DNA of 64,000 nucleotides from Alphaproteobacteria bacterium (lineage in GTDB: Bacteria > Pseudomonadota > Alphaproteobacteria > Bin95): the NCBI GenBank assembly GCA_965660545.1, contig CBFIAF010000002.1, forward strand, positions 78,335 to 142,334, read 5' to 3'. Below the pieces are notes generated by a model, which worked only from the letters and a program-made list of their open reading frames with translations, was not told the DNA's origin and ran no database searches. This document shows, one piece after another, positions 31,962-42,339 of the stretch (the first letter of the stretch is position 1; each line of letters starts with the position of its first letter). The position numbers and the translations under genes were made by a program.

Positions 31962-34148
31962 ATGCGCAGCGGGGTTACGATGCTGAAGCGGCTTTTTTCG
32001 GGGTGGCGACTATTCTTTTTAGTCGGAGGCATGACCTTCATCGCGTTTGCGATGGTGGCATTCACGTTTGCGCTTTTACTGGATGTTGCGCCGTTCGTGA
32101 CTTCATCACCCGACAATGTGGTGATGTCGCTGAATGCCAATCTGGTAATCCTGCTAATCCTCGCACTGCTTGTCGGTTATAGGATTTTCGCGGTCTTCCG
32201 GGCGCGCGTTAAGGGCGGTGGCGGCGGAAAACTGCATGCCCGGGTCGCATTGTTGTTTGGTTTAGTGGCAACCGCGCCGAGTATCATGCTCGTAATCTTT
32301 TCCGTGGCGTTTCTGCACGTTGGCTTGGACCAATGGTTCGGCCAAAAAGTAGATGCTGCGGTCAACCGTTCTCTATTCATTGGGCGCGCATATTTGCAAG
32401 AACATCGCCTCGGCCTTGTGCGCGATACCTACGCCATGGGTGATTCTCTTGCCCTGCAGAATGTTAGTGATACAGGCGCTAAAGATGATTGGGATGGAGT
32501 CCTGAGAGGCCTAACCATGCGCCTTGGCTTAGCCGAAGTCGTGCTTTTCGATGAGTCCGGTGGCGTTCGTGGAAAAGCGGGTGATGTGGATGAACTGAAG
32601 GGTGCCACGGTACCAGATTGGGCTGTCCGGTCAGCGCGATTGGGCGACGATGTCGTAGTCATAGGGGGCAGCGCAGAGCGTGTCCGCTCTCTGCTTTGGT
32701 TGGGGGAGCGGAAGCTGTTTCTTCTCGTCGGGCGTGCAATTGACCCCGGAATTGTCCGACATGTAGAGGGTGTGAACCTTGCCGTTGGTGATTTTCAGAA
32801 GGCCGTAGTTAAACGAACAAGCATCGAGGCCAGGTTGTCCGTTTTCTACATTTTGTTTGGACTTGTTTTTGTGCTGGCATCGATGTGGGCGGGGCTCATG
32901 TTTGCAAGCGCCTTGGCGGAACCTATTTCAACGTTGATTCAAACGGCAGACCAGGTCCGGGCGGGTGATCTATCTGCTAGGGTGATCGTCAGGGGGCGCA
33001 GTGATGAAATTGGCAGCCTCCTAGCCGGCTTTAACCGGATGACAGAGCAGCTTGAGGCGCAACGGGACCGGCTTGTAGATGCGAATGAAGAGATGGACGA
33101 GCGGCGAAAGTTCATCGGCGCGGTGTTGAGCGGCGTTACATCTGGCGTGGTCGGGGTTGATCCGGCAGGGGTTGTCCGTGCGGCCAATACCTATGCCGAG
33201 GCGACTTTGGCGGCGGGTGAGAATATTGTTGGTGAAGAACTGCGCGTTGTTGCGCCAGAACTAGAAATGGCTTTGCAAGAACTTGGCGGTACCAGTGGGG
33301 TTGCAGAAACAGAAGTGCGCATTATCCGCGAGGGACGCCAGCGTGTTTTGCTGGCGCGCGCATCCGATGAATCCGATGCAGACATTGAAGGACAGGTGAT
33401 TACCTTCACGGACATCACTGATCTTGTGGCGGCGAAGCGCCAAGCGGCATGGTCAGGCGTTGCGCGTCGGGTAGCCCACGAAATAAAGAATCCGTTAACA
33501 CCAATTCAACTCGCCGCTGAGCGCCTTAAGCGAAAATACGGCAAGACGATTGAATTGGATCCGGATATCTTTGCGCTCTGCTGTGACACCATCGTTCGAC
33601 AGGTCGATGCGCTGCGGGGGATGGTCGATGAATTCTCTGAATTTGCGCGCCTGCCAAGCCCTAAGATGCAATTGGCGAGTCTGGGTGACCTAAGCAGTGA
33701 GGTAATCTTCCTGCTCGAGATGGAGCATAAGGATGTCTCGTTTAAAATTTCGCTTGAAGGCAGCCCAAATGAAATCGATTGTGATCCCGGTCAGATCACG
33801 CGCGCACTGAATAACATTCTTATCAACGCCGTCCACGCCGTTCAGGAAAAACAGGCTACAGACGAAGGTGAGCAAGGCGAAGTGGCGCTGACAGTACTGG
33901 CGGAAGGCCATCAGGTGGTGCTGCGCGTTGAAGACACAGGCAACGGCTTCCCAGATGACTTGATCCACAGCGTTGCGGAGCCTTATGTCACCACCAAGCC
34001 AAATGGGTCTGGCCTGGGCCTCGCAATCGTCCAACGAATCGTTGAGGAGCATGGCGGAGAGCTAAGGCTATCTAATAAACCAGCCGGGAGCGCCTTGGTT
34101 GAGATACGCCTGTTAAGCCATGGTGATCTTTCGGCTGCTAGCGCATAA
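31962..34148 (+). CDS. ntrY: Sensor histidine kinase NtrY
   Basis: 728 aa. N-terminal TM segments, HAMP and PAS domains, and H-box VAHEIKNPLTPIQLAAERL. Confidence 0.88.
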   Translation: MRSGVTMLKRLFSGWRLFFLVGGMTFIAFAMVAFTFALLLDVAPFVTSSPDNVVMSLNANLVILLILALLVGYRIFAVFRARVKGGGGGKLHARVALLFGLVATAPSIMLVIFSVAFLHVGLDQWFGQKVDAAVNRSLFIGRAYLQEHRLGLVRDTYAMGDSLALQNVSDTGAKDDWDGVLRGLTMRLGLAEVVLFDESGGVRGKAGDVDELKGATVPDWAVRSARLGDDVVVIGGSAERVRSLLWLGERKLFLLVGRAIDPGIVRHVEGVNLAVGDFQKAVVKRTSIEARLSVFYILFGLVFVLASMWAGLMFASALAEPISTLIQTADQVRAGDLSARVIVRGRSDEIGSLLAGFNRMTEQLEAQRDRLVDANEEMDERRKFIGAVLSGVTSGVVGVDPAGVVRAANTYAEATLAAGENIVGEELRVVAPELEMALQELGGTSGVAETEVRIIREGRQRVLLARASDESDADIEGQVITFTDITDLVAAKRQAAWSGVARRVAHEIKNPLTPIQLAAERLKRKYGKTIELDPDIFALCCDTIVRQVDALRGMVDEFSEFARLPSPKMQLASLGDLSSEVIFLLEMEHKDVSFKISLEGSPNEIDCDPGQITRALNNILINAVHAVQEKQATDEGEQGEVALTVLAEGHQVVLRVEDTGNGFPDDLIHSVAEPYVTTKPNGSGLGLAIVQRIVEEHGGELRLSNKPAGSALVEIRLLSHGDLSAASA

Positions 34149-34206
34149 TCAATTCTGCTGAATGAACGCTGGCGTTGCGTGCTGTGCGCCCTAGGAGAGA
34201 AAATCC

Positions 34207-35613
34207 ATGGCCGTCGATGTCCTAGTCGTCGATGATGAGGCTGATATTCGGTTGACGTTGTCTGGTCTGCTGGAGGATGAAGGCTGGGCAATTGCAACTG
34301 CTGGGGGCTCTGATGAAGCGCTCAGGCAAGTTATGAACCGTAACCCAACGGTTGTTGTGCTGGATGTTTGGCTTGAGGGAAGCTCGCTGGACGGACTTGA
34401 AGTGTTGGCGACAATACAAAAGGAGCGCCCGGATACGGTTGTTTTGATGATGAGCGGTCATTCAGATATTGAAACAGCTGTGAACGCCATTCAGGACGGC
34501 GCATACGACTTTATCGAAAAGCCGTTCAATGCGGACCGTATGATTATTTCAGTCAGCCGTGCTCTGGAAGCTGGTCGACTTCGCCAGGAAAACGCTGAAC
34601 TGAAGGCGCAAACACACCAGGACTGGTCATTGATTGGGCAATCTCAGCAAGTGGCGGCGCTTCAAGGCCAGATCGCTCGGCTCGCTAGGGTCAATAGCCG
34701 AGTCCTAATCATGGGGCCGAGTGGCTCTGGCAAAGAGGTCATCGCACGTAACATCCATGCCCGATCAGATAGGGCTGGTGCACCGTTTATCGCAGTGAAT
34801 TGCGCGAGCATGCGACCGGAAACAATGGAAGCTGCGCTCTTTGGCGAGGAAGCAGCCGCCGGCGTTGTAACGCCTGGATTGCTGCAGAATGCAGATGGCG
34901 GATCCGTATTACTGGATGAAGTGGCGGATATGCCGTTGGAAACCCAGGCGAAGATGCTTCGGGTTATTCAGGAGCAGACATTCACGCCCGTCAGTTCGGC
35001 CAATCAGATATCTGTTGACGTTAGAGTGCTGGTATCGACGTCCCGTGATCTGCAGGCCGCTGTGCGGGAGGGTAGTTTCAGGGAAGATCTGTACTTCCGG
35101 CTGAACGTAGTCCCTGTTGAGGCACCGGCGTTGGCGGATCGTGTCGATGATATTCCAATTCTTATCGATTACTTCATTAAACGTGCAGCAGCGTCTGGCC
35201 AACCGCGGCGTATTCTTTCAAGCAATGCAATGGCGGCACTGCAGGCGCATGCTTGGCCAGGTAATGTGCGGCAATTACGTAATGTCGTGGAATGGCTGCT
35301 TATTATGGCACCTGGTGCTGTTGACGAAGAAATCGGGATGCAGGCTCTGCCGCCGGACATCCTGAAGGAGGACCCGACTTCTCTCCTATCCGAACGCCGG
35401 ACAGAGGTCATGGCATTACCGCTAAAAGAAGCCCGCGAAGTTTTTGAGCGGAATTACCTGTCTGCTCAGGTCGCTCGGTTTGGCGGCAATGTTTCCAAGA
35501 CTGCAAAGAGTGTTGGAATGGAGCGGTCAGCGTTGCATCGTAAAATGCGGGCGCTCAACATCGGGCCAGGCGGCGAAAGCGTTGCGGCAGAGTCCGATGA
35601 GGACGGAACATGA
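34207..35613 (+). CDS. ntrX: Sigma-54-dependent response regulator NtrX
   Basis: 468 aa. Receiver domain (VLVVDDEADIRLTL), AAA+ domain (GPSGSGKEVIARNIH) and HTH. Confidence 0.9.
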   Translation: MAVDVLVVDDEADIRLTLSGLLEDEGWAIATAGGSDEALRQVMNRNPTVVVLDVWLEGSSLDGLEVLATIQKERPDTVVLMMSGHSDIETAVNAIQDGAYDFIEKPFNADRMIISVSRALEAGRLRQENAELKAQTHQDWSLIGQSQQVAALQGQIARLARVNSRVLIMGPSGSGKEVIARNIHARSDRAGAPFIAVNCASMRPETMEAALFGEEAAAGVVTPGLLQNADGGSVLLDEVADMPLETQAKMLRVIQEQTFTPVSSANQISVDVRVLVSTSRDLQAAVREGSFREDLYFRLNVVPVEAPALADRVDDIPILIDYFIKRAAASGQPRRILSSNAMAALQAHAWPGNVRQLRNVVEWLLIMAPGAVDEEIGMQALPPDILKEDPTSLLSERRTEVMALPLKEAREVFERNYLSAQVARFGGNVSKTAKSVGMERSALHRKMRALNIGPGGESVAAESDEDGT

Positions 35614-36980
35614 GAGTAGTCGTCTGTGGCGCTGGCCAGGTTGGCGTTAGTATTGCCCGTCAGCTCGCACTCGAAAATATCGATGTCGTGGTTGTTGATC
35701 AGTCTGCAGCACTCGCCCAGCAATTGGGTGATTCCCTCGATGTGCAGGCTATAACAGGTCATGCGTCTGACCCGGATATTCTGCAGCAAGCCGGTGCTGA
35801 TGAAGCTGATATGCTCATTGCCGCCACGGCGTCTGATGAAGTGAATATGGTTGCCTGCCAAGTCGCACATTCGCTTTTTAACGTGCCAAAAAAAATCGCA
35901 CGCATCCGCACCAAGGGATATATGTCTGAGAACTGGCGTGTCATGTTCTCGCGCAATCATATGCCGATCGATGTGATTATTTCGCCTGAGGCGGAGGTTG
36001 CGCGCGCTGTTGTCCGCCGTGTGACAGCGCCTGGCGCATTTGAGCTTATTCCGCTGATGGACTCAAAAGCGCGTCTCATCGGTGTTCGGATTACAGATAA
36101 CTGCCCCGTCATCAATACGCCTTTACGGCAATTGACTGCCCTATTCCCCGATTTACAGATAACCGTAATTGGCGTCCACCGCGAGGACCGGCACTTCATT
36201 CCGGATCCGGATGATCAGATATTTCCGATGGACCGGGTGTATTTCATTGTTGCGGCTGATCATATTGACCGGGCAATGGCAGCGTTTGGCCATCAGGAGC
36301 AGCAAGCGCGGAGGGTCGTCGTCATCGGCGGTGGTAATATTGGCATGATGATCGCCGATGCGCTTGATAGCGGCAATGTAAGCGTTCGCATTATTGAAAT
36401 GGATCTGGTCCAGGCCGAGTCTGCGGCGCAGTATATGCAAGGCTCAATTGTCATTAACGGCGATGCGTTAGAACCAGAGATTCTGCAAGAAGCAGGGGTG
36501 CATGATGCAGATGCGGTCATCGCCGTCACTAATAATGACCAAACCAATATCCTGGCGTCTCTAATGGCCAAACGTGCAGGCGCTGGGCGGACGATTTCAC
36601 TCATCAACCGGGCGTCATTCTCAACATTGGTCAATCCATTGGACATCGACGTGGTGGTCAATCCTCGTGAAATCACGATTAGCACGATCCTCCGCCACGT
36701 CCGGCGTGGCCGGGTGCGGGAAGTGCATTCTATAGGTGATGGATTTGGTGAGGTGCTTGAAGTCGACGCCTTGGCCACCAGCGCCATTGTTAATAAGAAG
36801 GTTGACGAGTTGCCATTGCCTGAGGGTGCCATTGTTGGTGCCATCATGCACAATGATGAGGTGGTTATGCCGAAGCCAGACACGCGTATCCATGAGGGCG
36901 ACCGGGTAGTGATATTTACGGAAGAATCGGTCGTACGGCGGGTTGAGCGGCTATTTGAAGTCCGCTTTGAGTTCTTCTAG
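35610..36980 (+). CDS. trkA: Trk system potassium uptake protein TrkA
   Basis: 456 aa with two RCK/NAD-binding repeats (MRVVVCGAGQVGVSIARQL…; VVVIGGGNIGMMIADAL). Confidence 0.9.
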   Translation: MRVVVCGAGQVGVSIARQLALENIDVVVVDQSAALAQQLGDSLDVQAITGHASDPDILQQAGADEADMLIAATASDEVNMVACQVAHSLFNVPKKIARIRTKGYMSENWRVMFSRNHMPIDVIISPEAEVARAVVRRVTAPGAFELIPLMDSKARLIGVRITDNCPVINTPLRQLTALFPDLQITVIGVHREDRHFIPDPDDQIFPMDRVYFIVAADHIDRAMAAFGHQEQQARRVVVIGGGNIGMMIADALDSGNVSVRIIEMDLVQAESAAQYMQGSIVINGDALEPEILQEAGVHDADAVIAVTNNDQTNILASLMAKRAGAGRTISLINRASFSTLVNPLDIDVVVNPREITISTILRHVRRGRVREVHSIGDGFGEVLEVDALATSAIVNKKVDELPLPEGAIVGAIMHNDEVVMPKPDTRIHEGDRVVIFTEESVVRRVERLFEVRFEFF

Positions 36981-36999
36981 GTGCAAATAGGGAGCCACA

Positions 37000-37857
37000 A
37001 TGGGCCGTGTTGTATATGTAAATGGGGCTTATAGGCCACATGCTGATGCTTTGGTGCACTTTGAGGACCGCGGCTATCAATTTTCAGATGGCGTCTATGA
37101 AGTGGTGCTTGTGCGCAACGGCAAAATGGTTGATGCAGCGCCGCATTTGGAACGGCTAGGGCGCTCACTCGGTGAATTGGATATCCAGCCGCCGATGGTA
37201 GAAGCGTCGCTTCGGGTGGTTTTAAATGAACTCATTCGGCGAAATCGCATCCGCGAAGGCTTCGTTTATACGCAGGCAACGCGGGGCGTTGCGCCGCGAG
37301 ACCATTTCTTCCCCGGTCCTATAAAAGCAGCACTTGTTTGTTCGGCACGCGCGCGGAGCTGGCCAGCGGCTGGACACAAACCTGCTGGCCAAAGCGCTAT
37401 CACGCTTCGTGATGATCGCTGGGCGCGCTGCGACATCAAATCCGTCGGGCTTCTCGCCAATATCCTAGCAAAGCAGAAGGCCAAAGATGCCGGTGCGGCT
37501 GAAGCGATTTTTATCGCCGATGATGGAATCGTTAGAGAAGGTGGGTCTTCTAATGTTTGGATTGTTGATGCAAACGGCACGTTGCACACGCATCCGCTTG
37601 GGCCGGAGATTTTGGGCGGCGTCACGCGGGCTGCGGTAAAGCGGTTGGCTGCCGGTGCGCAAATTCAAGTTAACGAGGATCGATTTGACCGTGTCTTTAT
37701 GATGGGTGCCACGGAGATGTTCATCACTAGCGCCACGTCATTTGTTAAACCGATCACGTCAGTTGATGGGGCTGCGATTGGCAACGGTGCCGTAGGGCCT
37801 GTTACGCAGCGCATGTTTGACCTCTATAATGACCATACGCTGAGTGCCGCAGACTGA
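37000..37857 (+). CDS. dat: D-amino-acid transaminase (class IV aminotransferase)
   Basis: 285 aa. …FEDRGYQFSDGVYEV… and the class IV PLP fold. The trkA-dat-hfq gene order is conserved in alphaproteobacteria. Confidence 0.8.
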   Translation: MGRVVYVNGAYRPHADALVHFEDRGYQFSDGVYEVVLVRNGKMVDAAPHLERLGRSLGELDIQPPMVEASLRVVLNELIRRNRIREGFVYTQATRGVAPRDHFFPGPIKAALVCSARARSWPAAGHKPAGQSAITLRDDRWARCDIKSVGLLANILAKQKAKDAGAAEAIFIADDGIVREGGSSNVWIVDANGTLHTHPLGPEILGGVTRAAVKRLAAGAQIQVNEDRFDRVFMMGATEMFITSATSFVKPITSVDGAAIGNGAVGPVTQRMFDLYNDHTLSAAD

Positions 37858-37985
37858 GCGCATACGGCAGAGGTACTTGTAGCATGTAGGTGCGGGGTGC
37901 ACATTAGAACTTTAACAATGAGCGGTTGCGGCGAGTGGCATGGGGTCAGCATCGTCAAAAGACCCATTGCATGTGGATTGCCAGC

Positions 37986-38243
37986 ATGAGCGGCGCAAAG
38001 TCTCAAAACCTTCAAGATGTTTTTCTGAACTATGTCCGGAAGCAAAAGCTGCCCGTGACAGTGTTCTTGATCAACGGCGTTAAGCTGCAGGGGGTCATCA
38101 CATCCTTTGATAACTTCTGCATGCTGCTTCGTCGTGATGGCCATTCCCAGCTGGTCTATAAGCATGCGATTTCGACCGTTATGCCCTCAAGCCCGGTTAA
38201 TCTTCAGGATACGACGGGCGAACCAGAAGATGAGGCCAAATAA
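37986..38243 (+). CDS. hfq: RNA chaperone Hfq
   Basis: Sm1/Sm2 motifs ([61 protein letters not shown]). The track ORF starts at 37926; ATG 37986 gives the canonical [12 protein letters not shown]-terminus (85 aa). Confidence 0.93.
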   Translation: MSGAKSQNLQDVFLNYVRKQKLPVTVFLINGVKLQGVITSFDNFCMLLRRDGHSQLVYKHAISTVMPSSPVNLQDTTGEPEDEAK

Positions 38244-38245
38244 CG

Positions 38246-39556
38246 TTGGGCGATATTGAACACGATGATGGACCAATACGTGCCATCACCTTGAGGCCGG
38301 AATTGCCGCGGCTTGGGCCAAGGTCGGCATCCGCTGGATCCTTAGAAGAAGCGAACAGCCTTGCGAGTGGCATTGGCTTGGAGGTGGTTTATTCCCGCGA
38401 AGTGCGCGTTACAAAACCAAAGGCGGCAACGCTGTTTGGCGCTGGCGTCATTGAGGAAGCGACGGAGGAGGTCAAAAACCTCCACGCAAGCCTACTTATT
38501 ATTGATGGCCAACTTTCACCGGTTCAGCAGCGTAATCTAGAGCGTGATGTCGGCGTCAAGATATTGGACCGGACCGGTCTAATCCTTGAGGTATTTGGCG
38601 CTCGTGCGCGAACTCGCGAAGGCGTGCTCCAGGTCAGTCTTGCAGCGCTTAGCTATCAACGCACGCGCCTTGTTCGATCATGGACGCACTTGGAGCGACA
38701 GCGTGGTGGTGCTGGATTTATGGGCGGCCCGGGCGAACGTCAGCTTGAACTTGATCGACGCTCAATCGATGATCAAATCGGTCGAATCAAGCGGCAGTTG
38801 GATGATGTCCGCCGAACGCGCGCACAACATCGCAGCGGCCGTAAGCGCAATGATACGCCAACTGTTGCGCTTGTGGGATACACGAACGTTGGTAAATCCA
38901 CACTGTTCAATAAGCTGACAGGCGCCGGCGTCCTTTCCGCTGACCAGCTTTTTGCTACGTTGGATCCGACCATGCGCGGCGTTGAAATGCCCTCTGGCCG
39001 AACGTCCATTTTCTCCGACACGGTTGGCTTTATCGCCGAACTCCCGACGGAGCTTGTCGAAGCTTTCCGCGCAACATTGGAAGAAGTATCCGCCGCGGAC
39101 GTCATTTTGCACGTCCATGATCTTGCAAATGAGGAACGGTTTGAACAAGCCAGCGATGTGAGGGCCGTTCTTGCTGATCTGGGCGTTGATACAGAAAGCC
39201 GCGTCATCCTGAATGTTTATAATAAGGCTGATGTAGCGACTGCTGATCAGCGTGCGCGCCTGATGCAGGAGCCAGATGCATTGATGGTTTCCGCCGAAAT
39301 CGGCGAAGGATTGCCTGCGCTGCTGATTGCGGTCGATCAAGCGCTTTCGGCAGGATCAGTTCGGATCGTATTACGCCTGCCATGTGCCGAAGGGGAGGCG
39401 GTTGCCTGGCTGTATCGGGTTAGCTTTCAGATCGATACTGAAATCCAAGACGAGAATATGGTCGTGGAAGCCTCTATGCCGCAAAGTGAAGTTGATCGTT
39501 TTATGAAGCGCTGGTCAGATGTCGCAATTGTTCAAGAAGCGAGCGCAGCGTCATGA
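38246..39556 (+). CDS. hflX: GTPase HflX
   Basis: 436 aa. G1 motif (VALVGYTNVGKSTLFNKLTG), …DTVGF… and NKAD motifs. TTG start 2 nt after the hfq stop. Confidence 0.9.
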   Translation: MGDIEHDDGPIRAITLRPELPRLGPRSASAGSLEEANSLASGIGLEVVYSREVRVTKPKAATLFGAGVIEEATEEVKNLHASLLIIDGQLSPVQQRNLERDVGVKILDRTGLILEVFGARARTREGVLQVSLAALSYQRTRLVRSWTHLERQRGGAGFMGGPGERQLELDRRSIDDQIGRIKRQLDDVRRTRAQHRSGRKRNDTPTVALVGYTNVGKSTLFNKLTGAGVLSADQLFATLDPTMRGVEMPSGRTSIFSDTVGFIAELPTELVEAFRATLEEVSAADVILHVHDLANEERFEQASDVRAVLADLGVDTESRVILNVYNKADVATADQRARLMQEPDALMVSAEIGEGLPALLIAVDQALSAGSVRIVLRLPCAEGEAVAWLYRVSFQIDTEIQDENMVVEASMPQSEVDRFMKRWSDVAIVQEASAAS

Positions 39557-40374
39557 CGCCAGATATTGATTTCGATGCGGTCACTTCCATCATCGCGGAG
39601 ATCGCCGCTGAGGAAGTGAAAGCCAAGCTTGGTGTGCTTTCGCGCGCACAAGTCACGGAGAAGTCTTCGGGGGACTTCGTTACCTCTGCTGATCTGGCAG
39701 TTGAGCGCAGGCTAGGTGCTGCTCTGCAGGACCTGACGCCAGATACAAAGGTTGTGGGCGAAGAAGCGGTCAGTGATGGCAGTGCGTCCATCGCTGGACT
39801 AGCAGATGATCATCTTTCCTGGGTGATTGACCCAATCGACGGCACAGGAAATTTTGCTGCTGGCTATCCGCTTTCGGCCGTAATCCTGGCGCTGGTGCGT
39901 AAAGACGAAGTGCTGGCAGGCTGGATCCATGACCCATACAGCGACCGCACATTTGTTGGCTCGCTGGGCGGCGGGGCGTGGTTTGGCGGACGTAGGCTTA
40001 GCGTCCACACACCGGCCGAGAGCCGCTTGATGAATGGGTCGATCTACGGGCGGATGTTCCGCCGGTCTGAAGGCTTTCAAGCGACTTGGGCCAGGGGGCG
40101 TGGAAAGATGGGCGGTGTATTTAATGCCCGGTGCGTCGGCCATGAGCATATGTCGCGCTTGGCGGGCCTGTCCCACTTTGGCGGATATTCCAAACTTTTC
40201 CCCTGGGATCATGCGGCAGGGTTTTTGATGCATAGCGAAGCCGGCGGTGTCGGCAAGCTGATTACGGGTGAGCCTTACAAGCCCTCGAACGCAGATACCC
40301 CTGGCTTGCTGGCACCTGACGAAGATATTTGGAACAAGATTCACGATCTCATCACAACGCCGGAAGCCGCATAG
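39553..40374 (+). CDS. Inositol monophosphatase family protein
   Basis: 273 aa. WVIDPIDGTGNFAAGYP signature. Overlaps the hflX stop by 4 nt. Confidence 0.85.
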   Translation: MTPDIDFDAVTSIIAEIAAEEVKAKLGVLSRAQVTEKSSGDFVTSADLAVERRLGAALQDLTPDTKVVGEEAVSDGSASIAGLADDHLSWVIDPIDGTGNFAAGYPLSAVILALVRKDEVLAGWIHDPYSDRTFVGSLGGGAWFGGRRLSVHTPAESRLMNGSIYGRMFRRSEGFQATWARGRGKMGGVFNARCVGHEHMSRLAGLSHFGGYSKLFPWDHAAGFLMHSEAGGVGKLITGEPYKPSNADTPGLLAPDEDIWNKIHDLITTPEAA

Positions 40375-40407
40375 GGTCAGAAGCACGGTCGCACAGGAGA
40401 AGAATAC

Positions 40408-41274
40408 ATGGCGAAAGCTGCATTTTTGGGCCTTGGCGTAATGGGCTACCCGATGGCGGGCCATTTGGCCGCTGCTGGTCACGAAGTAACGGTCTACAAT
40501 CGGACCTCTGAGAAGGCGGTAGCCTGGGCGCAAAAGCATAAAGGTAAGAGCGCGTGCACGCCGTCGGATGCAGTTAAGGGTGCAGACTTCGTATTCGCTT
40601 GTGTCGGTGATGACCCTGATGCGCGGGCCGTTGCAACCGGTGACCATGGCGCATTTGGCGCGATGAAAGCCGGCGCAGTTTATGTTGATCACACGACAGC
40701 ATCTGCTGAATTGGCGCGTGAGCTCTACGATATAGCTGAGAAAGCTGGTATCGCGTTCATCGATGGCCCGGTTTCTGGTGGTCAGGCGGGTGCAGAGAAT
40801 GGCGCATTAACGGTTATGTGCGGCGGTGATGCTGAGCCATTCGAGAAGGCAAAGCTGTTGATGGATAGCTACGGTCGCGCGGTCACACTGATTGGTGAAG
40901 CGGGTAGTGGCCAACTTTGTAAGATGGTCAATCAGATATGTATCGCTGGCCTGCTGCAGGCGCTGTCTGAGGCTCTGAACTTTGGCTCTAAAGCCGGTCT
41001 GGACATGGAGACTGTGCTGGACGTGATTTCAAAGGGTGCAGCGCAATCCTGGCAAATGGAAAATCGCGGATTGACAATGGTCGATAGCAAGTTCGATTTC
41101 GGTTTTGCTGTTAATTGGATGCGGAAAGACCTACGGATTTGCATCGCTGAAGCTGAACGGAATGGCGCGCGTTTGCCCGCAACGGCAATGGTGGATCAGT
41201 TTTATAAGAATGTGCAGCAAGAGGGTGGCGGGCGCTGGGATACATCTGCCCTCATCCACTTACTCCAGAAATAG
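40408..41274 (+). CDS. NAD(P)-dependent oxidoreductase, 3-hydroxyisobutyrate dehydrogenase (MmsB) family
   Basis: 288 aa. N-terminal Rossmann motif (AFLGLGVMGYPMAGHLAAAGHEVTVYNRT) and a C-terminal 6PGDH-like dimerisation domain. Confidence 0.8.
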   Translation: MAKAAFLGLGVMGYPMAGHLAAAGHEVTVYNRTSEKAVAWAQKHKGKSACTPSDAVKGADFVFACVGDDPDARAVATGDHGAFGAMKAGAVYVDHTTASAELARELYDIAEKAGIAFIDGPVSGGQAGAENGALTVMCGGDAEPFEKAKLLMDSYGRAVTLIGEAGSGQLCKMVNQICIAGLLQALSEALNFGSKAGLDMETVLDVISKGAAQSWQMENRGLTMVDSKFDFGFAVNWMRKDLRICIAEAERNGARLPATAMVDQFYKNVQQEGGGRWDTSALIHLLQK

Positions 41275-41277
41275 GAA

Positions 41278-42108
41278 TCAGCGTTTTAGTGCCAACTTTG
41301 CTTTTATCCATTCGGCTTCCTGCGCCTCGAGTGACAGGTCCGTTGGATTATTGCCGGCGCTGAGAATAGCCGTTTCCATGGTCCGAAAGCGCGTCTCAAA
41401 TTTGGCGCTGGCCGACTTAAGTGCCTGATCAGGATCAATATCCAACTTCCGAGCGAGGTTGATGGCAGCAAATAACAGGTCGCCAACTTCTTCCTTTATC
41501 GCGATCTGATCGCCCTGCGCTTTAACAACTTCAATCAGTTCTTCATGGGTTTTGGCAAGCGCGTCACGCCAGTCGGGAAAGTCAAAGCCGATCCGCCCTG
41601 CGCGTCGCTGTAGTTTGTAGGCGCGAGCAATGGCAGGCAGGGTGGCCGCGACGCCGTCAAGCGCGCTGGTGGGGCCATCGTCCGTATCCGTCTTAGCCGC
41701 ACGTTCCGCTGCTTTAATCGCCTCCCATCCTGCCGGGCCAGCCTTTGCGTCCTCTGATAACGGCTCTCCGAAAATATGCGGGTGGCGGCGTAGCATCTTT
41801 TTAGTGATTTTGTCGGCAATATCAGAAAACTTGAATTTGCCGGCTTCATCAGCAATTTGGGCCTGAAAGATAACCTGAAGCAGCAAGTCGCCAAGTTCGT
41901 CACAAAGATCAGTATCATCCTCCCGGTCAATTGCGTCCGCCACCTCATAGGCTTCCTCAATTGTGTAGGGCGCGATGGTTTTGTGGTTCTGAACTAAGTC
42001 CCACGGGCAACCATCGATAGGGTCACGTAGTCGACGCATCACTTCCATCAAGCGTTCAAGCGCAGCGTCAGCTTGTGGTGCATTTGTTTGTAATGGTGCG
42101 TTTGACAT
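41278..42108 (-). CDS. mazG: Nucleoside triphosphate pyrophosphohydrolase MazG
   Basis: 276 aa with tandem MazG domains (…EEAYEVADAIDREDDTDLCDELGDLLLQVIF…). Confidence 0.88.
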   Translation of the reverse strand: MSNAPLQTNAPQADAALERLMEVMRRLRDPIDGCPWDLVQNHKTIAPYTIEEAYEVADAIDREDDTDLCDELGDLLLQVIFQAQIADEAGKFKFSDIADKITKKMLRRHPHIFGEPLSEDAKAGPAGWEAIKAAERAAKTDTDDGPTSALDGVAATLPAIARAYKLQRRAGRIGFDFPDWRDALAKTHEELIEVVKAQGDQIAIKEEVGDLLFAAINLARKLDIDPDQALKSASAKFETRFRTMETAILSAGNNPTDLSLEAQEAEWIKAKLALKR

Positions 42109-42339
42109 TGGGTTATGGCCTTAAGCGGTGATTCGGTTGCTCAGCCTAAACCGATGCTATTGCTGGATCACGCCTTCATTCTTCCAAAATATAGCTGCAC
42201 CTTCATTGGTATCATCCTCTCGTGCAGGGACCTGCGGGGCGGAATCTGGTATTAATACCTAGGCGGCCGAGAGATTAGTTGGCGGCAAGCGCGGGCTGGC
42301 GTATCTTCCCCACAAAGATGGTTAACAGGAGGAAAACGC

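Noticed and set aside
39799-40692. Long antisense ORFs (39799-40692, 297 aa; also 25714-26526; 47069-47740; 53894-54688; 49881-50501; 44746-45339; 36293-36883; 23726-24289; 10813-11361; 9475-10008)
   Set aside because: Each lies entirely opposite a well-supported gene with clear family motifs. The translations are low-complexity and Arg/Ala/Ser-rich, as expected for the antisense frame of GC-rich coding DNA, and none has a recognisable domain or ribosome-binding site.
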